DNA of 64,000 nt from Paragordius varius (Eukaryota > Animalia > Nematomorpha): the NCBI GenBank assembly GCA_964247055.1, contig OZ176051.1:11656001-11720000 (forward strand). The letters are read 5' to 3'. A program made the translations under genes and the position numbers. Positions 39,761 to 51,794 of the stretch are shown here, piece by piece. The notes beneath the pieces were generated by a model. The model saw only the letters and a program-made list of their open reading frames with translations. It was not told the DNA's origin and made no database searches. How positions within the stretch are numbered: the first letter of the stretch is position 1; each line of letters opens with the position of its first letter.

Positions 39761-40830
39761 CACTTTGATTTATGGGGTATCTACATACCCCAGATAATAT
39801 TTAAGCTGGAAATTTTACAAAACTACTGAAAGAAACAATTTGAGCCAAATCTAAAAAGAGTTTGGTTTTGGAAAAAAAATTATTTTCAAACTTCTTGGAC
39901 GCCATTCTTATTTTACTAAATTTTTGAATATCGCGTTTTTAATTCTAACCTTAAAGTTAAATTTACTTTTTTATTAACATCTCATATAAATTAATTAACA
40001 CGATTCAAATTGGGGTATCTAAATACCCCAGACTAAATTTGAGTTAGGATTTTTAAAAAACTACTGAAGGAAACGGTCCCAATTTAAATTTATGCTTCTA
40101 TCCTAATAGAAATTATATAAATATGCCAAAATATTTAAATAATGTTTTGAAAAAAAAGTTTCATGTCAAACTACTTCGACGCCATTTTTATTTCACAAAT
40201 TTTTTTCAAAATATCGTCTTCATTTAATTTTAAGGGTAAAATCAAAGCTAATTTTTTATTTAAATTACATCTAAAATTGATAGAAATAGAAAGAGTCGTT
40301 TATTTTGTATTATTTTTCAATTTTACCATTACACGCAGGTCAGGTTGTCTAAATTTTTACCTTTCAGATTTTGCTCAAAATATGTAACATCAAGGATTTT
40401 AATTTTTATATATGTATTTCGGTATATTAATGTTATATAAGTAAATATTTTGCCATGGTTTCGATTCCTTCCATATATTTTGAATAATTTAATTTTAAAC
40501 AGGCCTGGGGTATTTAACTACCCCAATTTGAATCAAAGGACTAAAATGAATGTGTTGTATCCAAGTGTTAAATTAAACAGGAAAAGTTGTATATATTGCA
40601 TTATTTTTATATTTAGCTAATGCACACATTTCAGGTTGGCTAAATTTTTACCTTTGGATTTTACCTCATAATTAATATCAAGTATTTTTAATTGAATTTT
40701 TCATTTGATTCGCTTCATTAATGTTATATAAGTGCAATGTATAATTTCATTTTTTCCATATTTTTTACTTTAATTTTACTCAAGCCTGAGGTATAAAACT
40801 ACCCAATTTAAATCGAAGAAATGAATGTAC
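39761..40830 (+). mobile_element. Older piggyBac-like MITE interrupted by a younger copy of the same family
   Basis: TTAA (39757-39760)|cactttgatttatggggtatctacatacccca; similarity breaks at TTAA 39995 and resumes after TTAA 40571, running to a decayed right end at about 40785-40830. Confidence 0.7.
39999..40567 (+). mobile_element. piggyBac-like TTAA MITE, full length
   Basis: TTAA at 39995-39998 and 40568-40571; near reverse complement of 60620-61165. Confidence 0.88.
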
Positions 40831-40949
40831 CTGTCTTGTTTATTGTAAATCACAATAACTATAAACAGAAAAGTGGATTATTTAGCATTTCCATAACCCT
40901 AATCCACATATGTCGTTTACAAAATATATAACTTAATAATCCATAAAAT

Positions 40950-41126
40950 AACATCAATTATTTTTAAATAAAATATTTCTTATATTTTGCATCATCATGT
41001 TATATAATTGCAAACTTTTTCAATGGCTTTTTTGGTTTATATTTTTATAAACATTTATAAACAGGCATGGGGTATTCGAAGTATTCAATTTAAATCGGAG
41101 GATTAAAATAAGTGTATTGATAAGTG
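40950..41126 (+). mobile_element. Right-end remnant of the piggyBac-like MITE
   Basis: caggcatggggtattcgaagtattcaatttaaatcggaggattaaaataagtgtattgataagtg|TTAA (41127-41130). Confidence 0.6.
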
Positions 41127-41258
41127 TTAATATTAATTGTAGATTTTTTTTATAATCTAAATTGCTATTGTAATATGCATAATATATCCAATAATTATAA
41201 ATAATTATATTATATTTTATAATACATGTAATCACTTTTCTTTGTTTGTTTACATTTG

Positions 41259-42159
41259 ATGGAGCGTGGTATGAAAACAAAATACGGAGGAAAAACATTT
41301 ACCCTTTTTGTTATATTTATTTCTCTGCTGTCACTTTTTATAATAATAAATTATCTAAAAATATCTAAACAAAACTCGAATTGTTTAAATGTTAATGAAG
41401 AACTGTCAGAAAACGCAAAAAATCTGAATCTAAAAATAAATGCATTACAACAAGAAATGGATTATGCTAAGGATTCTGCCAAAATAATTGAAAAGGATTT
41501 AAGTCAATGTTCCGAAACATCTAAAAACTTACGGGAACAACTTGATCGTACAAAATCTGAGAATGAGGATAAAACATCTAATATTTTAAGATTGAATACT
41601 GAATTTCAAAAAACCAAAGAAGAATTAGTTTTTTATATTTTTATGATAGGCTAAAATTAAATCCGATTATGAGGCACTTCAAGAAAGTAATAACATTCTA
41701 AAAGGTATAATTATATAATATTTTAGGTGAAAAACTCCATATTCAGGGCGAATATGACAAAATTTTTAAGGAGTATCAGTCGCTTAAGGAAAAAGAGTAA
41801 AATTTTTAGAAGATATTTTATGTTACTTTGGACTGTTTTTATGGTTTTTCTTTTTTAGATGAAAAAAATTCATATGCTTAGTATATTTTTTTCACACTTT
41901 AATTTATGCAATCACCATTTTTTCAAATAGGAAAATGGTAAGTCAAACTCAACCATCACCAAAGGCTGAACAAATGGTTAATAAGGTTAATGAACAGGTC
42001 GGTGTTCAACCTCCTGTACAAGAAGCCTTGGCCCCTGCAGAACCCAAAAACGTTTTGCCAAATCAATTTGAACCCGAAGATTCTGATGATGCTGTACTTC
42101 AGCAAGGCCATGATGAAAATATCCCTCCTCCTCAAAATCAACAAGATGCTCCAGTTTAA
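41259..42159 (+). CDS. Type II membrane coiled-coil protein with an acidic/Pro/Gln-rich C-terminus (Golgi GOLM1/CASC4/GOLIM4-like architecture), about 240 aa
   Basis: Exons 41259-41627, 41650-41704, 41727-41796, 41931-42159 total 723 nt in one frame. Short basic N-terminus, TM segment TFTLFVIFISLLSLFIIINYL, heptad coiled coil continuing across the splices (AKIKSDYEALQESNNILK, GEYDKIFKEYQSLKEK), tail EPEDSDDAVLQQ. The family call rests on architecture only. Confidence 0.8.
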
Positions 42160-42566
42160 TTTCCAACATATGTTTGCTACAAAAATGTTTTTTTGGGGAG
42201 CGGTGTTTTTTTATACTTACGAATTGTATTTGTCAAAATCGGTAATGGATGATAATAATTATTACTTCTATATTTATTTTACAAAAAACACACAATTTGG
42301 GATAATGTATTATATATATATATAAAAAATATAATAATACAAAAACAAGACTATTTACTTAATCAATTGTGATCATTTTGAATGGTGATGTAATTTATAA
42401 TGTTTCAAATATACAACCAATAACAATCATTGTATGCCAAAAACAGAAATGTGATTATTTTTGATAAATTATTTTTTCTATTTCAAAATATTTATGGGAC
42501 TAGCATTGCTTGTTTGTTGAGATTTCATATTAAGAGGTAGTTTGAAATTGGGTGAGTGGGAAAGAT

Positions 42567-45500
42567 TTAAAATTTAATTTCCATCGTTAAGCATCCTAAT
42601 TCCTCTCCATCCTCTAGCACTTTAGCCGTAATTTTGAATTGACCCTGGAAAGAGTTGTAAATTTATGTTGGCACATTTAAACGAAAATTTTAAATTTTCG
42701 ATATTGTAAATATGTTTTTTTCAAATTAGGCGAAACGGTATTTTATTATCACTGTCAGTTCTAAGAGGTTTTAGTGGGACTCGCGAAATTTTATAAAAAA
42801 AGCCATATTATTCGGTTTTAATAGCTTATTTTTCACATAATTTCACAATATTTATTATATGAAAAATTGGGATAGCGAAAAATACTCATTAATTTTACCT
42901 AGAAGTCTCATTTTATTATCTATATTTGAATCATAAAATTTGACAATCTATTCTCATTTTGGGGTTCTTTTTACATTGTGAATCTATATATAAATTAAAT
43001 TATGCGCTTGCGGAATCAGAAAAGATTTGGAAGATTGACAAAAATATTCCATAAACGCCTGATTTTCTGTATTTTGGTTCTAACATAAAAACCTATTTAA
43101 CGCTTCAAAATTTATTTAACGAGCTCTGTCATGATGGGACCAAACGATGACTAAAAAATATTTCTCCAATAAACCGAAAATTATTAAGGTTAAGAAAAGA
43201 ATAGTTTTATAACTTGTTCTACTATTTATTATATTTTCCGTGTCAATGGTATTATTTTTCTTTTGCACTATTAACTTGGACAAATTTTATAATAATGATT
43301 ATCTCTTATCAACCTAGTACGGCTCTACACGGGAATCAATTCAAACACTGGCATAATCAAGACGTGCATTTTATAAATGCGATGTATATAAATAGATCCG
43401 TATGCTTTTCGCATGATTGTTTTAAAGACTAAATGGGATGTGGAATTAAAAAAAAGAAAGACGTATTTATTCGGGAAACTGCTCCTAATCATAATTTAAG
43501 CATACAAAAGAGAAATTAACATCACCTTCCTCTGCTCTCATACGTTATTTTAAAATCGCATTATAATATTTAGAAAATTGATTTTTAAAACCCTATTTAC
43601 GTTGGTCGTGTCGCCACAAAATGGCTCGACTTAAAAAAATTGTTTTCACGTTTAAGTCAAAATAACGATAATCACCTATCACGTTTGTTTTTTCTCTTAT
43701 GTTGGGTTTGACCACCGTTTTTTTCAGTTTCTGTAAGCTTATTATTTCTAGAAAATTTAAATCCACAAAATTTGACATTTGTTTTTGTTAATTGTACAAA
43801 AATGTTGTTATAAGGACTCAGATTTGGGATAAAATACATGAGGTATATTTGCATCATGGTCCTTTTAAAATGATTAAAAGTAAATATCTTGATTAAGATA
43901 TAATTAGATAAATTAGGAATATGTTACAGATATCTAAAAATCTTTAAAAATTAATAAAAAATGATTAAATTTAATATTTTGGGTAAGTTTCCATGATAGT
44001 TTGTGGGTTTGCAACCTGAAAGCATTTAACTTAAAGTCGTTTTAAAATCGTAAGTCATTAAGTATGATTTTTTAAGTTTACAGGCTCTGTTTAATTAAAA
44101 AAGTTTATTTGAGGGGGGTCCACTGTATCTTGCAAAAAAATTTACATTACCGACAATTTTTGCGAATATTCATCAGGAACTTCGATATCAATGTCTCGTA
44201 TAGCATATGTACCGCCCAAAATGGGACATTTACATGGTATTTGAGAATTGTAACTTTGGTTGAAACGGTTGTAAGCGATACAATCTGGTTCAACCAAATC
44301 TTTCAGTAATCGACAGGCATGATAAGTGCTAATGTATACAGATAAATAATAAAATACATAATTAAATATACCACAATTATGTTATATTTGTGTCAATTTA
44401 TTGGAGTTTTGAAAATTGTTTAAGTATTAGTTGGTTTTTAATAGGTAGAATTGATTTTTATTGTTTTATTTGATCCTCTTTTTATATCGTTTACCTTGAA
44501 TTTTTAATTTATATGTGCAGTATGAATAGCGTTTATAAACCATTTATATAAGTGCTGGGGCCATGAATTTCTATTGATGGCTTCTCTCGTATTTAGGGAT
44601 TTCAAATATAGTTATTAGTGATTTGGTAGTTTATAAATATATTCCGATATTACACTAACACTTAATTTTTTTAGATATATTAGTAACTTGGGATATATAC
44701 CCATGGGTCCAGTTGCGGGCCGCATTTAAATCTGGCTGGCTGGTGTAAAATATATGGGCATTAAAAAAATTTTTTGGATTTAAGACTGTAAAAACAACTA
44801 TTTAATTAAAATTTTTGACAGTTTATTGCCAGAATTTATCAGAAAATTTGTTTTTTTTGTTAGATTCCGTAAAATTGTATTTGAAATTTTTCGCGCTATG
44901 GAATTTATTTGCCATATATCTATGTGGTTTCACTTTTTTCTATTAAGTCGAACCACTGGGATAAATTTTTAACCATATTATGCTTTTAAGAAGGGATGGC
45001 CACTCCCGGGCCGCATGCGGCCGTCCGATACTGTATATGCGGCCCGGGAAAATTCGGAAATCAATAATTTGCAAAAATATTTAAAAAAGCTTAGTAAAAT
45101 TGATATTTCTTAAATTTTTCCGATTAGATCTACCTAGGTAAAAACTAGTAAAAATTGTAAAGTTCTGTTTGATATCTCTATCTTTCTTTTTAAAAAATAA
45201 ATAATTTATAAATGCCCTTATAATATTTCAAATGTGCGCGATGCCATTCGTGTTAAACACCCTTACTTTAAACTAAAGGATTTGTATCGAAATATTTAGC
45301 AATGTTATATTGTATAACAATGCCTCCAATATATATATATATATATATATATATCCTGGTGGTTTTGGCCCTTTAGAGTGATATAAGAAAGTAATTTACA
45401 TTGTCCTAAGTGCTTTATATCAGAAAATGGCAAAATTGAGCACATTTTTGTTTTAAAATTTTATGGTGAAAGCTAAATAAATCCTTCAATCCAAAAAATG

Positions 45501-48500
45501 TTACTAAAAATATATCACAAACTACTTATATAAAGCAAAACAATATTTTTAAAATATTGTAATTTTTAAATGTGGGCTCCAAAAGTCTCAAATTTTTTTT
45601 GCTCTTCTTGGAGTTCGCTCATAAACGCAAAAATGCGGGGGTTGCGAGATAAAAAAATTTAATATATACTTAATTTTGACATCAAAATATTTTGAAAAAA
45701 TGCATTTTTTTATAAAATTTAATTTTTAGGAAAATTTTGTAGAAGCGTACATATTATTTTAAGCCATGGTGGAAACCGTATGAAAATGCTTTTAAAAATT
45801 ATAAAAACACTTTTTCTATATAATTTAATGATGGTGAGCATTCCTAACGCTTCAGATTTTATTTAAAGGTTCGTTTACTTTCAAATTTAAGTAAATTTAA
45901 AAAAATATACTTTATATATAATTTGAAGACAAACGAATATTTAAAATAATCTAAGGTGATAGAAATGTTCAGCATCATCGAATTATATTAAAAAAGTGTT
46001 TTTATAAAATCTTAAAGCGATATCCGACTTCATCATACCTCAAACTAGTGGGAAGTGCGCTTTAATAAAATTTTGCTAAAAATTGTAAAAAGTAACTATT
46101 TGGAAAAAATATTTTTAATCAAAATTTACAATATATTTAAAATTTTTAACGCGCGATCCCAGAATTTTAGGGTTTTATTTGAGGCTCATTTTAGAAGAGC
46201 GAAAATTGTAACTTTGGGGCCCACATCTAAAAATTAAAATTTTTTAAAATATTGTTTTACTTTTTAAAGGTAGTTTATGATATGTTTAAGTGATATTTTT
46301 ACAAAGCATTTAGCTTTCATCCAAAAAAATTTATTTAAAAATGTGCGCAAATTTTGACATTTTCAGATATGAAGCACTTACCATAAAAGTATATATAACT
46401 TTCATAAATCTCTAAGGACCAAGCATCATGATAATCCTGATACATTTTTCTCAGGTAGATATTTAAACAGTTTAAACAGATTAATGAAACAGTATTAATT
46501 TTAGCTAACAAATATTTTCATACCCTAATATATTTGAATTTATTTCGAAATATATACCATTTACAATTTAAATTCACCCTCAAACAATTCAAATTACCCT
46601 TGAACAATTACACCCTAAAAATAAATTGTGTTTTCGGCCTAATATAACTCATTTATAAGAAATATATTCTTTTGGCATAGTTTATTATTTTTTGGCATTG
46701 TATTAATTTTAAACAAAATATAGGAATTTTTTAAGCTTAAAAACACTTTATTTTAGAGTGAAATCGAATTGTTCGAGTGAATTGAATTGTTAAGGGTGAA
46801 TTTGAACTGTAAATGGTGTATTACACCTTTTTTATAATATTAGCTTATGTTTCTTTAGATTTTATAAATAATAAAAAAATGAATTTGAAATTTATCCAAG
46901 TTTAATACTTTGAGTAGAAATTAGATATTATAAATAATATATTGAATTTAAAATCAAAATATCTCAAAGTTTAAGACTTTGTGTATTAATTCTGCCTAAC
47001 AATAATAATATTACAAAAGCAATACCATACCAAGAGCCTATGGGGATCAATGAGTTCATGTTTATGCAAGGGATACTAAAGTATTTAAATACGAAAAATT
47101 TTTCGACTTGGAATTCAACCTTTAAATTCTTGTAAATGTAATTCACTGAGTATTCGTCATCGCTATTATCGTTGCTAATAGATTCTTTGAAGGCATCGCC
47201 GACATTGGATGTCACACCATTCGATAATGTCACATTAAATACTTTAAATGATAAAAATGTTTTTGTCGGCTCTTTTGATGATGCTCTTTTCCGTGTTAAT
47301 TGGGCATCGTGTCTTTTTGCGACTAAGAATATATAATTATAAAATGATATTTATACACAAATGTATGATACAAAACAGTGCTCAGAAATTAAAAACAAAA
47401 TTTAGATAATGTAAAAAATATGCCTTCATTCGAGAATGAGTCTTGGTATTGAGATGCATTGGAGTTAGTATGTGAGAAATAATATTTGCCAACTTTGTGG
47501 TAAAAGCTTGGCTCATACATTGGTATATTTTTGTTCAATGATATGCTAACATCGTTGAAACGAATATATTTTTCCGTTTTTTTGTGCATTACTGAATAAT
47601 GTGATGAAGCACCTAATAATAATAACATACCATTTTTCGGTCCAAAACACTTTTTCAAGCAAACGCAAATATTTAGTCAAACTCATCTTTTTCAAGCAAA
47701 CGCAACATTTTCCATCCAAACGGAACTAAATATGTTGCGTTTACTTGAAAAATATGCATTTGCTTAAAAAAATTATTGTGTTTGATTAAAAATATTGTTG
47801 CGCTTTGAAAAATATTGTTTTTGACTAAAAAATAGTATAAATATTTTTCAAAAACTATAAGAATGATTTCATATTTTTAACGTATCTACCAAGTCGTATT
47901 AATGCCTTTTTTAAAACTAAGGACAGCCCTGGTAAAAATGTGTTAAATGTAAAAACACGAATCTATTGTTTGGTGTGTATCACAAAATAGTTATAAGCTT
48001 TCTTGAGGACGGAGCTCATCCTGTGTCTACGCCTTATTTAAACTTCAAAAATACAAGAACATTTAAATTCTTATAATATATATAGAATCGCAGATAACAT
48101 CGCACTTTTACATAAAACCTAGGTTCTATCCAAGACAAATGGTCTGGCTGAAAATTAAAATAAACTTGTTAAACATAATCTGTTATTGCCGTGTGGCGTC
48201 GTGATTATTATTTTCCTGGATAAGTTTTTAAAATTTACAAATTATTTTTTTAATATAGCTTTTAAATATAAAGAGAGGGCATTGGCACTATGGGCTCTTT
48301 GGAGTAGTTAGAGAAAGGAAGGGGGCTGATTCACCGGGCGCCATGGTTGAAGGGGCGTCGGATTTTAAATTTTTTTAATTATATATCAAAAAAATAGGTA
48401 ATTAAAAGGTATTATTTTAAATAAAACATAACAAAATCACCTATTTATGAGTGGCCATGACCATGGTTAAAATTTAATTATTTTTTTAAAATGAAAGGGC

Positions 48501-50023
48501 TTGTATGGAGGGGAGCGTCATCACGGATTCATGCACCTGGTGGCAGAAACGCAAGCTATTCTCTGGTTATAAAGACAGGAAATTCAGACGATTTAAATTA
48601 CAAAGCAAACATTACGAAGTATCAAATATTTTATCAGATCCATTTGAAATTAAGATAATTGTGATCATATCCATCACAGTTTTACTTTTCTTTGACAGAT
48701 TCGTTGGCTTGATACTAAATACGAAACCAACTTCCAAGAAAATTCAAAAATTAATTAAATAAGCCCTAATTAAACTACTGTTTATTTAAAATTTTTAACA
48801 CATTTACGAATCTTAGTTAAATCAAATAATATTGCTAGCATCAATTTACAATTGTGGTTTTTTATTTCTTTTAAAATAACTTATTCCGTGGTGTATGCTA
48901 TTTTTGACATAATCAGGCTTATAGGTTACTATGCAATGTTAAACGCAATTTATAAAATAAACATACTCCAATGTTTAAGCTGAAAAAGAATCTGTATTTT
49001 TCAATTAAAAATTAGCGGTAAATCACAAATGAAAAGAAAACTTGTGTTTACAGTTATTTATAAGTATATACATTCATGCTTGTAAAAATTAAAACTGACT
49101 ATTAATTATGCTGTAATGAAATTAAAAAGATCTTAATACCACCAAAAAAGTTTTATAATATAATTATTAGTTTTCCATTAAAACATTTAATTAAATCACA
49201 ATTAAGATATATTTTGGCCCTATAGGAATTGAAAACTAAGGATGTCCAACATATGGCCCATAAATTTATTTACAGCCCGAGAAAGTTCAAAAAACAAAAC
49301 AAATAAATTGAACATTTCATGATTTAAGAAAATATCTTTATCAAGTTTATATCATTTACTTTATAATAATAATTTATCAGATTGTATCTATTTTGAAAAT
49401 TAACACCATTAGTTCGGTAAAGGGTTGGTTATTTTAGGGCATGTAATATTTATTAAAACTACACATACCAATTGTTGGATTTCATCCTTTAAGATAAAAT
49501 TTATCATTCATTCAAAATTTTTATGGACAAAAACTGTAAAGATAAGTAATATTGATATGAAAACTTCTTGTGGTCCTGACCAATTTTAAACTGAAAATGC
49601 CCCGAAGCTATTTGTGTTGGACCCCCAGTCTAATAAACCCGATTTTCTTTATTTATGCATACGAATACGCTAATTTACAATAAAATTTTAGCACTATAAA
49701 TAAAAGTATTACTAAGGTATAAAAACTTGAATGTTGTACTGTAAAACTATATTTAATGATCAGGATTATACCAAGCACAACTAATTTTTCTATGTATATC
49801 TAAATAAATATTTCTATTTCAATATTTTCTTACTTAAAATAAATCAATATTATAATCGTATAAATTTAGACATCTCATTTTGCTCAGTTATTCACAACGA
49901 TAAAATTATATTGTAAACCAAAATAAAGACATCTAAAATTCAATAAATTATACCACAATTATTCCATTTAAAATCTCCGTGAATGCCGGTTGGTAAATGG
50001 AACAATAACATAATCCATATCAT
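42567..50023 (-). CDS. GM2A: GM2 ganglioside activator-like (ML lipid-recognition domain) secreted protein, about 277 aa
   Basis: Exons 50023-49954 (signal peptide + DFKWNNC; upstream in-frame ATGs at 50104-50110), 47612-47397, 47322-47031 (NVTLS...LKVEFQVEK...IPC...IGSC), 44328-44151 (TYHAC...IPCKCPILGGTY), 42644-42567 (GQFKITAKVLEDGEELGCLTMEIKF*); 834 nt, all phases compatible. Eight Cys in GM2A spacing. The exon 2 donor is uncertain. Confidence 0.88.
44995..45265 (+). mobile_element. hAT-type MITE remnant
   Basis: cccgggccgcatgcggccg subterminal motif; right end gtgttaaacaccctta resembles 11505-11522. Confidence 0.5.
45355..46455. mobile_element. Foldback-type element: about 530-bp imperfect inverted arms around a spacer of about 33 bp
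   Basis: Inner ends ttcgtttactttcaaatt (45870-45887) and aatttgaagacaaacgaa (45920-45937); paired tttaaatgtgggctcc (about 45567) / ggggcccacatctaaa (about 46216). Confidence 0.75.
46555..46818 (+). mobile_element. Tc1/mariner-type MITE
   Basis: TA|taccatttacaatttaaattcaccct ... agggtgaatttgaactgtaaatggtg|TA; second copy at 22531-22821. Confidence 0.78.
47960..48240 (+). pseudogene. Highly decayed LTR-retrotransposon (Gypsy-like) integrase fragment
   Basis: Frameshifted fragments LFGVYHKIV, FLEDGAHPVS and FYP-TNGLAE resemble FGxPxxIVSDNGPQFVS and YHPQTNGLAER. Confidence 0.4.
48272..48565 (+). repeat. Dispersed GC-richer repeat, hAT-like MITE
   Basis: 48395-48500 is near-identical to 18295-18400; ends gcaagctattctctg. 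Confidence 0.5.
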
Positions 50024-51794
50024 ATAAAAGTAGAATTGATGAACCAAAGATTGGAATATGCAATTTTTAAAAAATAATTTTAAAGTCGATAAATTAAGGT
50101 ACATCATCATTTAAAATTTGTCAAAATTAAAAAAATCCCTTTTCTTTTTTTCTTATGTTTCTAAAAAAAACGAGATTGTCAATGAAATAGTTAGTTGTAT
50201 TTTAATTTACAAAAAAATTAAAAATACTGTTTATTGGGTATAATAAAAATGTTGTCTTTTTTAAATAAAAATATGCTTTTAATTATATTTTTTCTATATC
50301 ATACGCATCATAAAATTGATATAATTTATTCATAAAATATATATATTTAATACAAAATGATAAGAAGAGTAATGTTATTGAAACCAGACAACAGCACATT
50401 ATTCATTTACCTTTATACATTGTATTTATGTATTATTTTTACAAAATTTCTGTTTTTTGAAAACTCTATTACAAATTCTTTGATTTGGCTTTAAAATAAC
50501 GAACGAGCCTTTAAAGATGTGATCACATTGTAACTCATGGAAAAATCTTAATATAATATTCGTGGTACGAATCTGTAACGTCAATTCAAAGTCCCCTTTA
50601 TTCCCAATAAAACAGTGCCAATTAACTAATTAACTAACTCATCATTTAAAATGCCATTTTCTAATCCCATTTTTAGTTCATCATAGTTAAATAAGTTATT
50701 TCCGGTTTTAAACTTTCACAAGTTATCATCTATGTTATTTTTATAAAGATATCGGTAAAATATTATTAATTACTACTTTTATATTACTTAAAATATTTTT
50801 CAATTTACATATTTATGGAAAAAATGTATACAAATAATGAGTTACGTAAATTTTCTCACAAATTATGAGATAAATTAAGTCCCATCTAGTATATATTTAA
50901 GTAAATCTATAAGTTTATTACATCTGCGACATTCAAGGGCAAAAGTTTGATATTAATCACAAGCTGGAAAAATTAAAAATGTTTTTATGGCTACATTACA
51001 AATTAAACTTGTCCAAAATAAAAAATAGGGTACTGTGATACAATAGGTGATGATATGTTATTAATTCTTTTAGGATGTAATATATAGAGGTTGGGACATT
51101 AAAATAAACCAGCATTTTAATGCTAGAGTCTTTAATTTTTACAATTTCAGCAAAACTATATAATACAAATTACAATAGCTGAGGCGTTAACTATTATATT
51201 GCCATTGTATCGGAAGTCAGAAATGAAACAGTAATTTTTCTAACATTCAAAAAAATCAGAATAAGCTTTTAATTGTAAAATTCGAAATATTTTTGTAACA
51301 TAGCTAAACCGCATTATTTGCGTTTATATCATTATAAGATTACCAAGTTAAATGGCACATATATACCGCGCAAAAGTATTTATATTCACTCTATCATGAT
51401 ATTACAATTATATAATTTATTTAAAAAATGGGATTGGATAGATCAATTTTAACAAGATAGGCAAAGCTAAGACCATTTTTATTTATTTTAACATCAAGTA
51501 GTATAATATCAATAAAATGTGTGTGACGATTTACATTGTAATGTCAACGTAAAAAAGGATATATTTAGAATGTAAAACTATACGATATGATGTATATTAG
51601 TCATCTTTTAAAACAATATATATGACTTAAACTTTACTGGTATTTCATGATATAGAAAACACTTTTAAAGTGTAATGATTTATGTATTAATGTTTGGGCG
51701 GCTCTTTTTTAATTAAAATTTTTTACGTTTATAATTTAAATTTAAATTAACCCCGGAATATGTGTTAATAAAATAATATAATAGAGATTTAGAG

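Noticed and set aside
41859-41880. Possible extra 22-nt exon in the third intron of the Golgi-type gene
   Set aside because: Including it with the available donors creates an immediate stop.
43593-43857. Minus-strand ORFs with splice-like boundaries in the last GM2A-like intron
   Set aside because: Exons 44328-44151 and 42644-42567 join directly in phase 0 and complete the ML fold; these ORFs add no recognisable sequence.
44110-44128. Tc1-like terminus gggggtccactgTA (also at about 56378-56391)
   Set aside because: No partner end found, so no element could be delimited.
47613-47630. Apparent 18-nt GTATGT..AG intron
   Set aside because: The upstream sequence has no start or acceptor in frame; the AG is better explained as the acceptor of the long first GM2A-like intron.
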